NCBI GenBank assembly: GCA_951406725.2
Contig: OX597814.1
Coordinates: 108,128,001-108,192,000 of the forward strand
Reading direction: 5' to 3'
Length of the DNA stretch: 64,000 nt
Source of the DNA: Octopus vulgaris
Taxonomy: Eukaryota
Part shown: one piece after another, positions 1 to 11,645 of the stretch
How the letters are laid out: each line of letters opens with the position of its first letter
How positions within the stretch are numbered: the stretch's first letter is position 1
Program-made: the position numbers and the translations under genes
The notes under the pieces: model-generated
Database searches by the model: none
Seen by the model: the letters and a program-made list of their open reading frames with translations, nothing else
What the model was told of the DNA's origin: nothing

Positions 1-1232
1 CACCAAGGATCAGCCCTCGGCCCCCTCTTATTCATCATAGTCCTCCAGGCAATAACAGAGGAATTCAAAACAAATTGCTCCTGGGAGCTCCTCTATGCTG
101 ATGACCTGGCCCTCATAACAGAATCACTATCAGAACTAGAGAACAAATTTCAAGTGTGGAAGCAAGATCTAGAATCGAAGGGCCTTGGAGTCAATGTTGC
201 AAAGACCAAAGTTCTAGTAAGAAGGAAGGCGAACACATCACACACCCCTTCAGGTAGGTGGCCCTGCTCGATCTGCAGAAAAGGTGTAGGTAGAAACTCC
301 ATAAGATGTACCCATTGTAAGCTATGGATGCATAAGAGGTGCAGCAACATCAAAGGAAGATAAACCAGGAAGATAGCTTTCGTGTGCGGCAGATGCACAG
401 GGGCAATAGACACCACAGATACTCAGAAAGATTCCATCACACTCCAGGGGAAGAAACTAGAAGTAGTTGTTAGTTTCCACTACCTAGTTGACCAAGTTAG
501 TAGTGGGAGTGGACGCTCAGAGAATGTCACCACTAGAATACAAATAGCCTGGGCAAAGTTTAGAAAGATTCTACCCCTACTGACTCTCGCTCAGAGTGAA
601 AGGTAGATTGTATGATGCATGTGTGCGAACTGCCATGCTTCACGGTAGTGAAACATGGGCCATGACTGCTGAGGACATGTGTAGGCTTGAAAGAAATGAA
701 GCCATTATGCTCTGCTGGATGTGTAATGTCAGTGCGCATACACAACAGAGTGTAAGCACCCCAAGAGAAATGGTAGACATAAGAAGCATCAGATGTAGTG
801 TGCAAGAGAGACGTTTGCATTGGTATGGTCATGTACTGCAGGTGGACGAGGAGAGCTGTGTGAAGAAGTGCCACTCCCAAACAGTGGAAAAAATCCAGGA
901 AGACATAGGATGATGTGGTGAAACATGACCTTCAAACGCTGGGCCTTACAGAGGCAATGACAAAAGACAGAGACCTTTGGAAGTATGCTGTGATTGAGAA
1001 GATCTGGCAAATAAAGTGAGTTCACAGCTGTAACCTATATTAGTGTCACATAACCAGCCCACTCAAAAGTACCGAGGATTGTAGGGTGACATGCCGTGTT
1101 TGAGGATACCTATTGAGTCAAGTACAGCAACATCAACTTCACTATCAAAATCAAATCAAATTACAATGAAATGGAAATTGTAGTAGTGGCCCGTGTCAGT
1201 GGCACGTAAAATGCACCATCCGAACGAGGCCG
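1..1232 (+). mobile_element. RTE-clade non-LTR retrotransposon, 3' part (RT core, PHD finger, RT C-terminus, start of 3' tail), decayed
   Basis: Frame 1 reads HQGSALGPLLFIIVLQAITEEFKTNCSWELLYADDLAL (YADD at 94-105), then VNVAKTKVL, a C4HC3 finger, LEVVVSFHYL, KGRLYDACVRTAMLHGSETW and RLHWYGHV. Stop at 361 and a frameshift near 590. Continues beyond the window start. Confidence 0.92.
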
Positions 1233-1699
1233 TTCTTAATTTGATCTATTAAATTTATTGTGTATTCTTTCTTACTGGGAATAGGCATATCCTTCAATGA
1301 TGAATTCCAATCTATTGGTTCAATCCTACCTGATAAATCGATAACCGACATGTGTCAGAAATATTAAAGGTGTAGCCGATAGTATAATACAATATTTATG
1401 AACATTTAAAAAAAAAACTTAGGAAATAATAATTATTCCATGTGTCAGAAATATTAAAGGTGTAGCCGATAGATAGTATAATACAATATTTATGAACATT
1501 TAAAAAAAACTTAGGGAATAATAATTATTCCAGGTTATCAGGATATTTACTATTTTACACTTTACTACTGCAAAACAAACAGTATCAATTATAATATATC
1601 AGGTAGGATTGAACCAATAGACTGGAATTCATCATTGAAGGATATATTTATTCCCAGCAAGAGAGAAGACACAATAAATTGAATAGATCAAATTAAGAA
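1233..1699. mobile_element. Foldback/MITE-like element with ~110-bp terminal inverted repeats and an internal ~90-bp tandem duplication
   Basis: ttcttaatttgatctatt...cctacctgata (1233-1344) is the inverse of tatcaggtagg...atagatcaaattaagaa (1598-1699). The unit catgtgtcagaaatattaaagg... repeats at ~1349 and ~1439. Confidence 0.75.
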
Positions 1700-1977
1700 T
1701 TTTTTTAAATAGAATAAAATGGAAGGCATACTTCTATGATAACAATAATTATTATTTAAAATATAAATAATTTTTAATTAATTCTAATGTACTTTATTTT
1801 ATTGTATGATATAGTAGGCTTTAAAATGCTTATATTATTAGATTAGTATTTTGGATATACCTTTCTATGTGTACTCTATAAAATAAGGTTGTCCTGAAAC
1901 TGAAGTTGTGGTCCTTTTGGTAAAATCCCAAATTTGTAATATATATATATATACACACACACACATATATATGTATA

Positions 1978-2190
1978 TCGTTGCTATCATGCAAAAGTGT
2001 CCTAAGTTCAAAACGTTGCTTTTCAGAAAATGAAAAAATAGTTTCACCATTCCATAGCAAAACCGTTGTACTACACTTTGACCATTTTTGATATGTTGGC
2101 ATCTGAAATAGCTGGAGATACGATAGTTTGACCAAAAGAACTGGCTATTGCAAGCAAAAATATTGGAAAAAAAAAATGCATTTGGTCAAC
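1978..2190. repeat. Dispersed ~200-bp repeat (other copies ~17730-17840 partial, ~18390-18600)
   Basis: All three copies share gttgctat...ttttcagaaaa(c/t)gaaaaa...cattccatagcaaa...gtactacactttgac. Confidence 0.8.
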
Positions 2191-2274
2191 AAGCTTTTTT
2201 TCTAGTCAGTCGCCATGCTTGGCCACTAAATCCACAAGTTTTTTTTTATTCCCTCTATTTATTTTCTCTTATTC

Positions 2275-2310
2275 CTTTCTGTTGAAGAGCATAGGCTCGA
2301 AATGTAAAAG
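2275..2310 (+). ncRNA. Hammerhead-like motif with variant core (CUGUUGA) in a PLE-terminus-like repeat
   Basis: cttt-CTGTTGA-a-gagc-atag-gctc-GAAA-tg-TA-aaag: stem I cttt/aaag, stem II gagc/gctc. Second copy at 18267-18302. Confidence 0.4.
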
Positions 2311-3293
2311 ACTTTTCCACTTTCCAAGCATCAAACTAATACACTTGCTTGTAGTTCGTACATCTGTCTTCATCTTTCGTTTTTCTACAAATTTCAACTA
2401 TATATATATATACAAGACATATATACGATATAAAATGCATGGGTGTGATTGTGTGTTTGTGTGTGTCCCTATTTTGACCTGAAGTGACAATTGTAAATAA
2501 GTTGTTCCTTTAAAGGATTGTGTATAAAAAATCATGTCTACTATCATTTAATGCCTGGTTCATTCATGCATGGAAAAGCGGACATTAAAAACGATGATAG
2601 AACATAACGAGGTGTTGTTAATGCGTGTAGAAGAAATAAAAGAAATAATGCGTGTAGAAGAACGGATCACAGACACAGATCCAGGAATGTAATTAAGTGT
2701 AATTAGGGATAATTTTAGGCTTAGAAAAGAAATGATGATCAATCAAGGAAATATATGAGAGGAGACAGAAATGTTAATCCATACGGATAATGGAGAGATA
2801 AGAGATCCTTGATGATGATAGCAATGATGATGGTGGTGGAAATGATAATGATGATGATGATGAAGGTGGTGATGGTCATGATGAGGGTGGTGGTTGTGAT
2901 GATGATGACAGTTCAGGCTTTGTCTGGACATAATAACCAGACTGATAACTAAATTAGAAAGATTAGCCAGACAGTCAATATGTTGGGTCTTTCAGTTATC
3001 CTCATTGAGAAGCTTTTAAAGACCAGCTGGAAATTACAACACTTCCAAATGTAAGGCTTAGGAATTCATATTGCTTTGAATTAATTCTGTTTTTTTAATT
3101 TGTGGCTTTGAGGTGTTGATGATGTGATTGTTTATTTTTAGGATGACATTGTAAGGTAGGTGTGAGAGGCCAGATCTGACCACTTTGAATGTAAAACAGG
3201 TAGAGTATTTGGGCTGGAAAAGGTTGGTTTAAATATTAAAGGGTTAAGATGTGGAAGTCTCCAAAATACAACATCTGGTACAGCCTACCCTAC

Positions 3294-3726
3294 AATGAGC
3301 AACAATAGAAATGGGTCTTCTCTCAACCAAGTTACTTGCTGACCCCACTGCTACCAATACCACATCAAAAGCACCTCTGCTATTGCCACATGAAAAGCCC
3401 CTGTACACACTGGGAAGTATATATCAGCATCATTAGCGGTATTAATATTGGGAGTTAATATTTATCCCCACTTAAACATGGATGTTCGTTACACCATACT
3501 ATACCATGGCAGAGTTTCTCTCGTGGTATCTACTGCAGTATATTTTGTTCCAACAGAACATCCACATTTAAGTCATCATCATAATGATGCTGATATATAC
3601 TTCCCAGTGTGTACAGGGGCTTTTCATGTGGCAATAGCAGAGGTGCTTTTGATGTGGTATTGGTAGCAGTGGGGTCAGCAAGTAACTTGGTTGAGAGAAG
3701 ACCCATTTCTATTGTTGTTGCTCATT
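3294..3726. repeat. Near-perfect ~142-bp inverted duplication with ~146-bp spacer
   Basis: 3294-3435 (aatgagcaacaatag...tcagcatcatta) is the reverse complement of 3582-3726. Only a 3-nt indel was seen. Confidence 0.9.
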
Positions 3727-5402
3727 TAATGTCTGTTTTCCATGCTGGCATGGGATGGATAGTTTGACAGAGCCTGGTGCAGCCTCCTGGCTTCCCAGAC
3801 CCCGGTTGAATCATCCAACCCATGCTAGCATGGAAAACGGATATTAAACAATGATGATGATGAGATGGCTAGGCAGGAGCCTGCGCCAGGCTTCCCTGTC
3901 TGTTTAGGTAGGGTTTTTACAGCTGGATGCCCTTTCTAATACCAACCACCTTACAGAGTGGACTAAAGTGGAGATAAATGTTAACTCTGTAAAGTAGTTG
4001 GCATCAGGAAGGGTATTCAGTCACAGAAACCATCCCAAAACAGACAATTGGAGCTTGGTGTGGCTCTCTGGCTAGCCAGCTCCGGTCAACCTGTCCAACA
4101 CATGCTTGCATGAAAAATGAATGTTAAATGATGATGATGGTGAGCAGTCTGATGTATGAACCAGAAAAGGTGATTTTGAAGATCCTTCTTTACAGTCCCT
4201 GACTCAGCTTTATAAAGAAGAATGCTATCTACATGTGCCCAGAAAAAAGGTCATCTTTGTTGACCATCAAGGCTTTGTAAAACTGTGAGAGGGAATGGAG
4301 ACGCCAGCTCGGATAATTAAATATATGAAGAACTACAAGCTTGAGATAATGATTGTTGGTGCCAGAGAATTTGCAGACAAGTATATCAGAAAATTCTGTC
4401 TTATTTTAGGAGAAGCCAATCAACATCAAGGTATGATTTTTAACCGTTCTTTACCAGAACTCTGTTGAAACACCCAGGTTTTGTTTCAGTTCATCTTTAA
4501 AATAACAAAGAATAATTTCATAATTGCAATTATTAAGCTGGTGCTTAGAACATAAAATAAGGCGAAATTTTGATAGGTTTTTAATTAAGATCACTTTAAC
4601 CCTTTTGTTACCAATTAAGATCACTTTAACCCTTTTGTTTCTCTTCTCTTCTCTTCTTCACACTTCCTCTTCACACACTATGATTATCTCCCACTCCCCA
4701 ATCCAGTCCTCACTACCCTGCTCACTGTATTGGTGCTTCTCCATCCTCTCCCCCACTATATACCCAGATTCTCACCAGTCACCACATTCCCCACCCCCAC
4801 TCCCAACTCCTTAGCGATACCCTGCCACCATTCATCTATCTCTTCCTTCCTCTACCATCCCATCTAGACCCAGATTCCCTGTTCTTTGCAAGTATGCCCT
4901 GGCACTTGCCACCCTCTTCTGCCCTTCATGTCTCCTACTCTCTCTCTCTCTCTCTCTTTCCCTGTTCTCCCCTCTGGCTAAGTAATCGTGTATCTCCTCT
5001 ACAGCAACTAACCTGTTCCTGTCCTCCCTCATTCTTGGTCACTCTCTCTCTCCCTCCTTCTCTTGCTCATAGACCTCCTGTACCATGGCACACCTCTTTT
5101 TCCCACTCTCTCTAGGTAACCATGTCCCTCCTCTTCAGCAGCACACCTGTTCCTGCCCTTATTCTTCTTAAGTCTCACTCTCTCTGTCTGGGTAACCAGG
5201 GACCTCCACTGCAGCAAGACATCTGTTTCTGCCTTGGCCACACTAATCTTTCATCACCTGACACAAGATCACCCCCTCCAATGCCTGCTCACCTCTCAAA
5301 GACTCCTTGTCTTACAAAGTTACTTTGCAAAATGAACAGGTGCTACCTAACAAAGGCACCGAGTCCACACTGTAAAGTTGTTGGCATTGAGAAGGGCATC
5401 CT

Positions 5403-5477
5403 GCTTACAGCTGTTTCCACTACAAGGTGCAGTGGACTCCTAGTTGAGCGCGTAACATCTTACAGCTTCATCAGAGC
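5403..5477 (-). ncRNA. Minimal type-I hammerhead ribozyme candidate, intact core
   Basis: Minus strand: gct-CTGATGA-a-gctgtaagatg...caccttgtagt-g-GAAA-cagctg-TA-agc. Palindromic ACAGCTGT stem III, GUA cleavage triplet, 3-bp stem I. Confidence 0.55.
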
Positions 5478-5536
5478 CTCAAACATGATGTCTAATGTAT
5501 ATACATATATATTGTTTTTCTGTTCAGTTATGATAA

Positions 5537-5930
5537 CTCTTACTTGTTTCAGTCATTTGATTGTGGCCATGCTGGAGTACCACCTTTTGTTGAGCAAATC
5601 GACACCAGGACTTATTGCTTGTAAGCCTAGTACTTATTCTATCAGTCTCTTTTGCCGAACCGCTAAGTTATGGGGATGTAAACACACTACCATCAGTTGT
5701 CAAGCGATATTGGGGTGACAAACACAGACACACAAACATACACGCACACACACACATACATATATACGACAGGCTTCTTTCAGTTTCTGTCTACCAAATC
5801 CACTCACAAGGCTTTGGTTGGCCCGAGGCTATAATAGAAGACACCTGCCTAAGGTGCCATGTAGTGGGACTGAACCCAGAACCATATGATTCGTAAGCAA
5901 GCTACTTACCACACAGCCACTCCTACGCCT
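5537..5930 (-). mobile_element. tRNA-derived SINE family A (many copies, e.g. ~6035-6370 +, 14035-14395 -, 21540-21900 +, 30420-30780 -, 31010-31400 +, 33105-33460 +, 35200-35590 +, 43050-43815 -, 51080-51420 +)
   Basis: Head ggcgtaggagtggctgtgtggtaag...gggttcagtccc with box A/B-like motifs, then ggcacctt(a/g)ggca(a/g)gtgtctt, an internal (TA/TG)n tract and tail gactgaaacaagtaaaag. Confidence 0.85.
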
Positions 5931-6829
5931 ATAAAGTCAATTTTACATTAATCCGGTGGGTTCCTCTATGCTTTTCTAGAATACAAGCTTATCATTTTTG
6001 AACAAGAATATTATTGACAGTGACTTTGAAGTTTCAGTCACCTTGGACAAGTGTCTTCTACTATAGCCTCAGGCTGACCAAAGCCTTGCAAGTGGATTTG
6101 GTAGATGGAAACTGAAAGAAGCCCATTGTGTATGTGTGTGTATTTGCGTCAGTGTTTGTTCCCCACCCCACCACCACCAACCAACCAACCATCGCCTGAC
6201 AACCAATGCTGGTGTGTTTATGTCTCCGTAACTTAGCAGTTCAGCAAAAGAGCCCGATAGACTAAGTACCAGGCTTACAAAGAATAAGTCCGGTGGTTGA
6301 TCTTTTTGACTAAAAGGCAGTGCTCCAGCATAGCTGCAGTCAAATGACTGAAACACATAAAAGAATAAGAGAATGAATATATAACTGATGGGCTTCTTTC
6401 AGTTTCCGTCTGTTAAATCGATTCACAAAGCTGTGATTAGCCCAAGGCTGTAGCAGAAGACACTTGCCCAAGGTGCGGTGGGACTGAACCTGGAACCACA
6501 TGGTTGGAAAACAAGCCTCTTAACTACACAGCCATGCCTGCACCTATACAGCCAAATGTTGAGACATTTGAAGAGAAAGCGGAAACCAGACATTAAGTGA
6601 TGTTGACAGATAGACATCGGATGGAGAAAAAAATGTGAAAGACTGGTAAATCTCTTTCAAATCTGGTTTGAACAGTAAATCTATAGAAACAGAAAAAGAT
6701 GGCGGAATCTAATAACAGATGTTTATGGAATCGATTAGACATTTAGATAGTATTAGTAGTGGTGGTGGTAATGTTTAATAGATTAAGATGGGGGTGGGGG
6801 TTGGTGAGAGTACAGAGAGGGCGGAAGCT

Positions 6830-7416
6830 GATGGAGAGCAGAGAGATGGAGCAGAGGGAAAAAGAGAGAGAGAGAGAGCAGGGGGAAAAAGAGAGAGAGA
6901 GAGCAGGGGGAAAAAGAAAGAGAGGGAGCAGGGGGAAAAAGAGAGAGAGGGAGCAGGGGGAAAAAGAGAGAGAGGGAGCAGGGGGAAAAGAGAGAGAGGG
7001 AGCAGGGGGAAAAAGAGAGAGAGGGAGCAGGGGGAAAAAGAGAGAGAGGGAGCAGAGGGAAAAAGAGAGAGAGGGAGCAGAGGGAAAAAGAGAGAGAGGG
7101 AGCAGGGGGAAAAAGAGAGAGAGGGAGCAGGGGGAAAAAGAGAGAGGGAGCAGGGGGAAAAAGAGAGAGAGGGAGCAGGGGGAAAAAGAGAGAGAGGGAG
7201 CAGGGGGAAAAGAGAGAGAGGGAGCAGGGGGAAAAAGAGAGAGAGGGAGCAGGGGGAAAAGAGAGAGAGGGAGCAGGGGGAAAAGAGAGAGAGAGCAGGG
7301 GGAAAAAGAGAGAGAGGGAGCAGGGGAAAAAGAGAGGGAGCAGGGGGAAAAGAGAGAGGGAGCAGAGGGAAAAAGAGAGAGTGAGCAGGGGAAAAAGAGA
7401 GAGAGGGAGCAGAGCA

Positions 7417-7461
<45 letters not shown>
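6830..7461. repeat. Purine-rich minisatellite (~22-26 bp unit gagcagggggaaaaagagagagag) ending in (GA)n
   Basis: Direct inspection. It accounts for the low-complexity ORFs at 6743-7544. Confidence 0.95.
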
Positions 7462-7463
<2 letters not shown>

Positions 7464-7869
7464 GATAGGGAGCTGAGGCTCAGGGCTATGAATGCATGCA
7501 CCATCTCTCATACATACATGTACAAACATATGGGCTTCTTTTAGTTTCCATCAACCTACTCCACTCACAAGGCTTTGGGAAGCCCAGGGCTATGGTCCAG
7601 AGCATTTGCCCAATGTATCGTACAATGGGACTGGACCGAAAACCATGTGGCTGGGAAGCAAACATCTTAACCATACCTGAGATAATCCCAACAGTTTGGC
7701 AGTTGAGGGGAAAAATTATTACAAAGACTCTTAAAAAGGCAACAACACTAATTACAGCTAATTACATTCATTAGTGAGGTGTTACTTTCTTTTAAATATT
7801 TGATGAAGTATTATTTTAAAGAGGTTTCTGAAAGTTTAAGAGAGCTTGTTTTGTCTATTCCCATCCTCA

Positions 7870-8180
7870 TTGCTAAGGATCAGGGACCGCGAATGGATGC
7901 ACCACTCTCCAAATGACTCCTGCCACTGACCAAGTCTTTTAGTCCATTCTTCGATGTCATCCAACCAGTGTTTCCTTCTTGATCTCTTCTACCTCATTTC
8001 CCCATTGACCCAACCTCCACGATATGGGTGTCAATGTTTTGGCCCCTGATGACATGCCCCACAATACATCAGCTTAAGCTTCCTGATATTTGCCAAGAGT
8101 TCTCTTTCCATTCCCATTTCTCTGAGTCCTGACTCATTTGTTCAATGGTCAGTCCAGCTGATCCTCACTACTCTTCAGTA
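7870..8180 (-). mobile_element. RTE/BovB-like LINE C-terminal fragment
   Basis: Minus strand gives RISWTDH*TNESGLREMGMERELLANIRKLKLMYC..HVIRG...HWLDDIEEWT, with frameshifts. Confidence 0.7.
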
Positions 8181-8486
8181 GTAAGTTATTTCAAACTAGT
8201 ATACCCATGTCATCAAAAATGCCAACAGTTTTATTAATGATAGAAAATGGCACATCAACACAATGGAGAAAACCTTTAATAAATGTCAGCAATCTATCAA
8301 ATATATGTACGTGCACAGAAATGAGGCACTTAAAAGAATTAGATACAATTGTAACTTCTCTGTTGAAAATATCACCCACATAATGTGTGTGTGTAACATA
8401 TACTGTTCCGTGATAGAAATTCAACAAAAAAGTTATTCAATCTGGTGAGAGATAAATATTATTTAAAGGACTCAATACGTCTTTAA

Positions 8487-8541
8487 GTGCTACTAATAGT
8501 TTCATATGTTGAGAAATATCTCAAACATATTCATCAGACAT
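8487..8541 (-). ncRNA. Hammerhead ribozyme motif 3' of the Penelope ORF
   Basis: tgt-CTGATGA-atatgtt(t)gaga-tatt-tctcaacatat-GAAA-ctattag-TA-gca. Stem II of 11 bp. Lies ~200 nt downstream of the PLE ORF on the same strand. Confidence 0.65.
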
Positions 8542-9697
8542 AAAACCACTTATAACGAACTAAATAAATTGAATAAGAGAAGAAATGTGAAGAAACTGAG
8601 AAGGCAGCAAAGAGAAAACACAGAAGTTTAAAGAAATGGAAAATTAAAAACAGAAAACAACACAAAAACTAAAATGTAAAAAGGTAAAAGAGTTATCTCC
8701 CTTAGACTTTAAATTATAAAGCTGGATAACAAGTTAATCAGGAATAGGCAGAATTTTTCCATTCTTCAAAATATATTTATATATATGCTTGCAACTGCTG
8801 AAAATTTCAGACCTAGAGTTCAGTAAAGAGTTAGGGATCTTAGATCTGAATAGGATCTGCGCTCTTTCAGCTAAAGAAAGGCTACATTTATTCGATCCAT
8901 TAAGATAAGGTATAGATTTCTTAATTATTTTCCACTTGATCATATGGTGTTTCGTTATTTTTCAAACTTCATACATAGCTAGCCAATTTAGTAGCTTTGC
9001 TTTTGTCCTTATGTCAGAAGGAGGCTATGTGATTGGCATAGCGACTTTTAAATTCTCTTTCACATAATCCAATAAAGGGCTTCTTATCTGTTATATTGTT
9101 ATTATTCAAGGTTGCAGTAACTTCTGCTTCAGATATGACAGATTTAATCATACATCATTGGTCAAGTGGACAAGATCCTGTGTTGCAACAGTTACAACGG
9201 GATTTAGGCTCTTGGTTATTGATGACGTGTAATGATACTCTTCATATTGGGGTAGCAGCTATATAATTTCACAGAACACCTTTAAAATATTTTCCAGCAT
9301 CCGTGAGTTGCTGAAAAGTGTTTCTCTAGGAGAGACAGGAATCTTTTACTGATGTTAGTTTTTATATTATGGGAAAAGGGAGGGGTAAACCAAATAATTT
9401 TCCTTGCCCTGTATTTAGGTCTCCTATTATCATTATTCTGATTAATATTAGAGGGATTATTTATTAATTTATCTTTGAAGCCACTATTGGCTAGGGCATT
9501 GTTATGATAGGGGGCTGCTTTCTCAAAACTTTCTTCAAAGGAAGAGGGGTTAGACACACTATCACTAATATTAGCTATGAGGTTTTTAAATATTTCAGGA
9601 GGGTGACAAGACTGTTTATGTATAAATGCCAGTTTTTCATTAGGCTTATGGAAACGCTTGTACAAGGAGGAGTTCAGGTCTAGGGAAACATCTAAAT

Positions 9698-10255
9698 CAG
9701 GGGTTGGGGAACTTTTTTAACCAAATACCCCAAAATATATTTATGCCGACGTTACCCCTTTGATTTGAAAGGGAGAAAATCAGATTCTTTGAATTCAGAA
9801 TGTTTATTGAATCTATTTATATGGAGAATACAATAAAAAATATAAAAAGTAGAAAACAAATGTAATAAAATATATTAATATCCTCATTATGAAACAAAGG
9901 GATTTCTCTAGAAACTTTTTCACTTGAGGTTTTGGAGAAATGTTTCATTTTTGTTACAATTACATCAAAATTGGGGCATTTTGATGCCAGAGAAATTTTG
10001 ATGCAGTTTTCAGGGTCCGATTGATTATTCTTTGTTTTTAAGTTCATTAGAGTGGAAACTCCTTGTTTACAAAGGTAGGTTGTTGTAAAGGGCAGCAACA
10101 TTTTAACTGCCTCCCCATGCCACAAGAAAAATCTCTCATAACAAGGAACACATTTTTTTAATATAATTTTACTTATGTTTAACAAGTCCTCATTACCCCC
10201 AAGAATTTCATTTTTACCCCACTTGGGATAATTTACCCCATTTTGCTGACCCCTG
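9698..10255 (-). mobile_element. hAT (Charlie-type) internally deleted DNA transposon
   Basis: Termini CAGGGGTTGGGGAA and TTTGCTGACCCCTG. Flanks atctaaat / atcta form a partly deleted 8-bp TSD. Encodes LLPFTTTYLCKQGVSTLMNLKTK, the hAT C-terminal dimerisation motif. Confidence 0.85.
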
Positions 10256-10505
10256 ATCTATTAGTGATTAAAGGTAAAAATTAGTAGCTTCCTAAATCTA
10301 TCATGGGTGTGACCAATACACACATAGGAAATACCCAAACCATCGTCTTGGTATAGACCAATGTCATAAGACGGGTACTTAGATCTCAATGTGTTTAACA
10401 AACAAACCCACAAGATTACAGACGTCAGCACTATCAGATGACCTCATACATACATCAACTAGTTTGTCACTATATGACTTTTTTTTAAACTCATGCTAGT
10501 CCTTT

Positions 10506-10698
10506 CCTTATTTCTTTATTACCCACAGGGGACTAAACATAGAGGGGACAAACAAGGACAGACAAACAGATTAAGTCGATTAGATTGACCCCAGAGCATA
10601 ACTGGTACTTAATTTATCAAACCCGAAAGTATGAAAGGCAAAGTCAACCTCGGCGGAATTTGAACTCAGAACGTAGCGGCAGACGAAATATCGCTAAG
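10506..10698 (-). mobile_element. 5'-truncated SINE family B with 14-bp target-site duplication
   Basis: catgctagtccttt at 10492-10505 and 10699-10712 brackets the insertion inside the PLE RT. Confidence 0.9.
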
Positions 10699-11439
10699 CA
10701 TGCTAGTCCTTTACAGAACAGTAGTGCTTACCTTGCATGGCTGATAAAATCTAGGTCTACAGGGTCAATATCAACATGTGATTTAGCAAATTCAAAGGCT
10801 TTATCAAGCAGCGATCTAGATATACAGGGACAAGAGTTGATAATGTCAAACTGGGTAAATTTAGCCTTATTCTTGTTCTTAATGTTCTTAAACCAATCTA
10901 TTACAGTGAAACTATTTATTCCATTGTAGGAACCCAGGAATTTCTCTAATTTTCTTGTTAAATGTTTCTAAGTATTTTTTTTAGCTACTTGCTCAATTTT
11001 AGATCTCGCTGGATTTAGCAATCAACAAGTTGGATTATCATGAAAATTAGGTTTATGGTCTTATATAGTATTAAACGCCTCTCTCATAGCTAAGGATTCT
11101 AATCTATCATCAATGTGACTATGGTTAGTGAGAAATTAAGCCATCTCTCTCTGTCAGATTTCTTATATTTAGTGGAAATGATGCCTTTTAGCAACTTGTC
11201 ATATAAACCATTTGTAATTTCATATAGGTTATTAGTCTTATCAGAAAATACAAACTTCTTTTAAGAACTTTTTTACAGATTTTAATATCAGATTCCATTT
11301 TAGTTTGAAAGGAGTTACAGTACTTACAGAATCTAATACTGGTAATTAAATTAAGGAGATCTGACTCAAAAGGGATTAATTCTTTAACAGCAAAATAGTA
11401 CTTACAGGTCTTTAAAGCATAACGTTCTGTATACGAGGG

Positions 11440-11610
11440 AGATCGTCAGCATATAGCAGACCCCCATGAACATCCAATTATGAACTCCTCTGTTATGGCC
11501 TGGAGAACTATGATGAAGAAGAATGGACTAAGAACTGATACTGGTTGAGCTCCAGCTTGTACACTAAATCCATCACTGTATTCAAGGCCGACTCTCACCT
11601 TACTGACAGC

Positions 11611-11611
<1 letters not shown>
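11440..11611 (-). mobile_element. RTE RT-core fragment
   Basis: AVSKVRVGLEYSDGFSVQAGAQPVSVLSPFFFIIVLQAITEEF..CSW(fs)LLYADD, homologous to 1-105. Confidence 0.85.

Positions 11612-11645
<34 letters not shown>

Larger units (their letters stand above)
8734..11430 (-). mobile_element. Penelope-like retroelement (RT + GIY-YIG region), decayed and interrupted by hAT and SINE insertions
   Basis: Minus-strand motifs: FSDKTNNLYE; DHKPNFHDNPTC*LLNPARS; KFTQFDIINSCP; DVCMRSSDSADVCNLVGL; IGLYQDDGL; YLDVSLDLNSSLYKRFHKPN..IHKQSCHPP; RKIIWFTPPFS; IKWKIIKK..KCSL..E..LLNSRSEIFSSCKH. Confidence 0.88.

Noticed and set aside
2743-2931. His-rich ORF (and similar Met/Val-rich or His/Thr-rich ORFs at 17198 and 52190)
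   Set aside because: Translations of (GAT/GGT)n and (GT)n microsatellites.
6743-7544. 200-260 aa ORFs on both strands
   Set aside because: Same artefact from a GA-rich tandem array.
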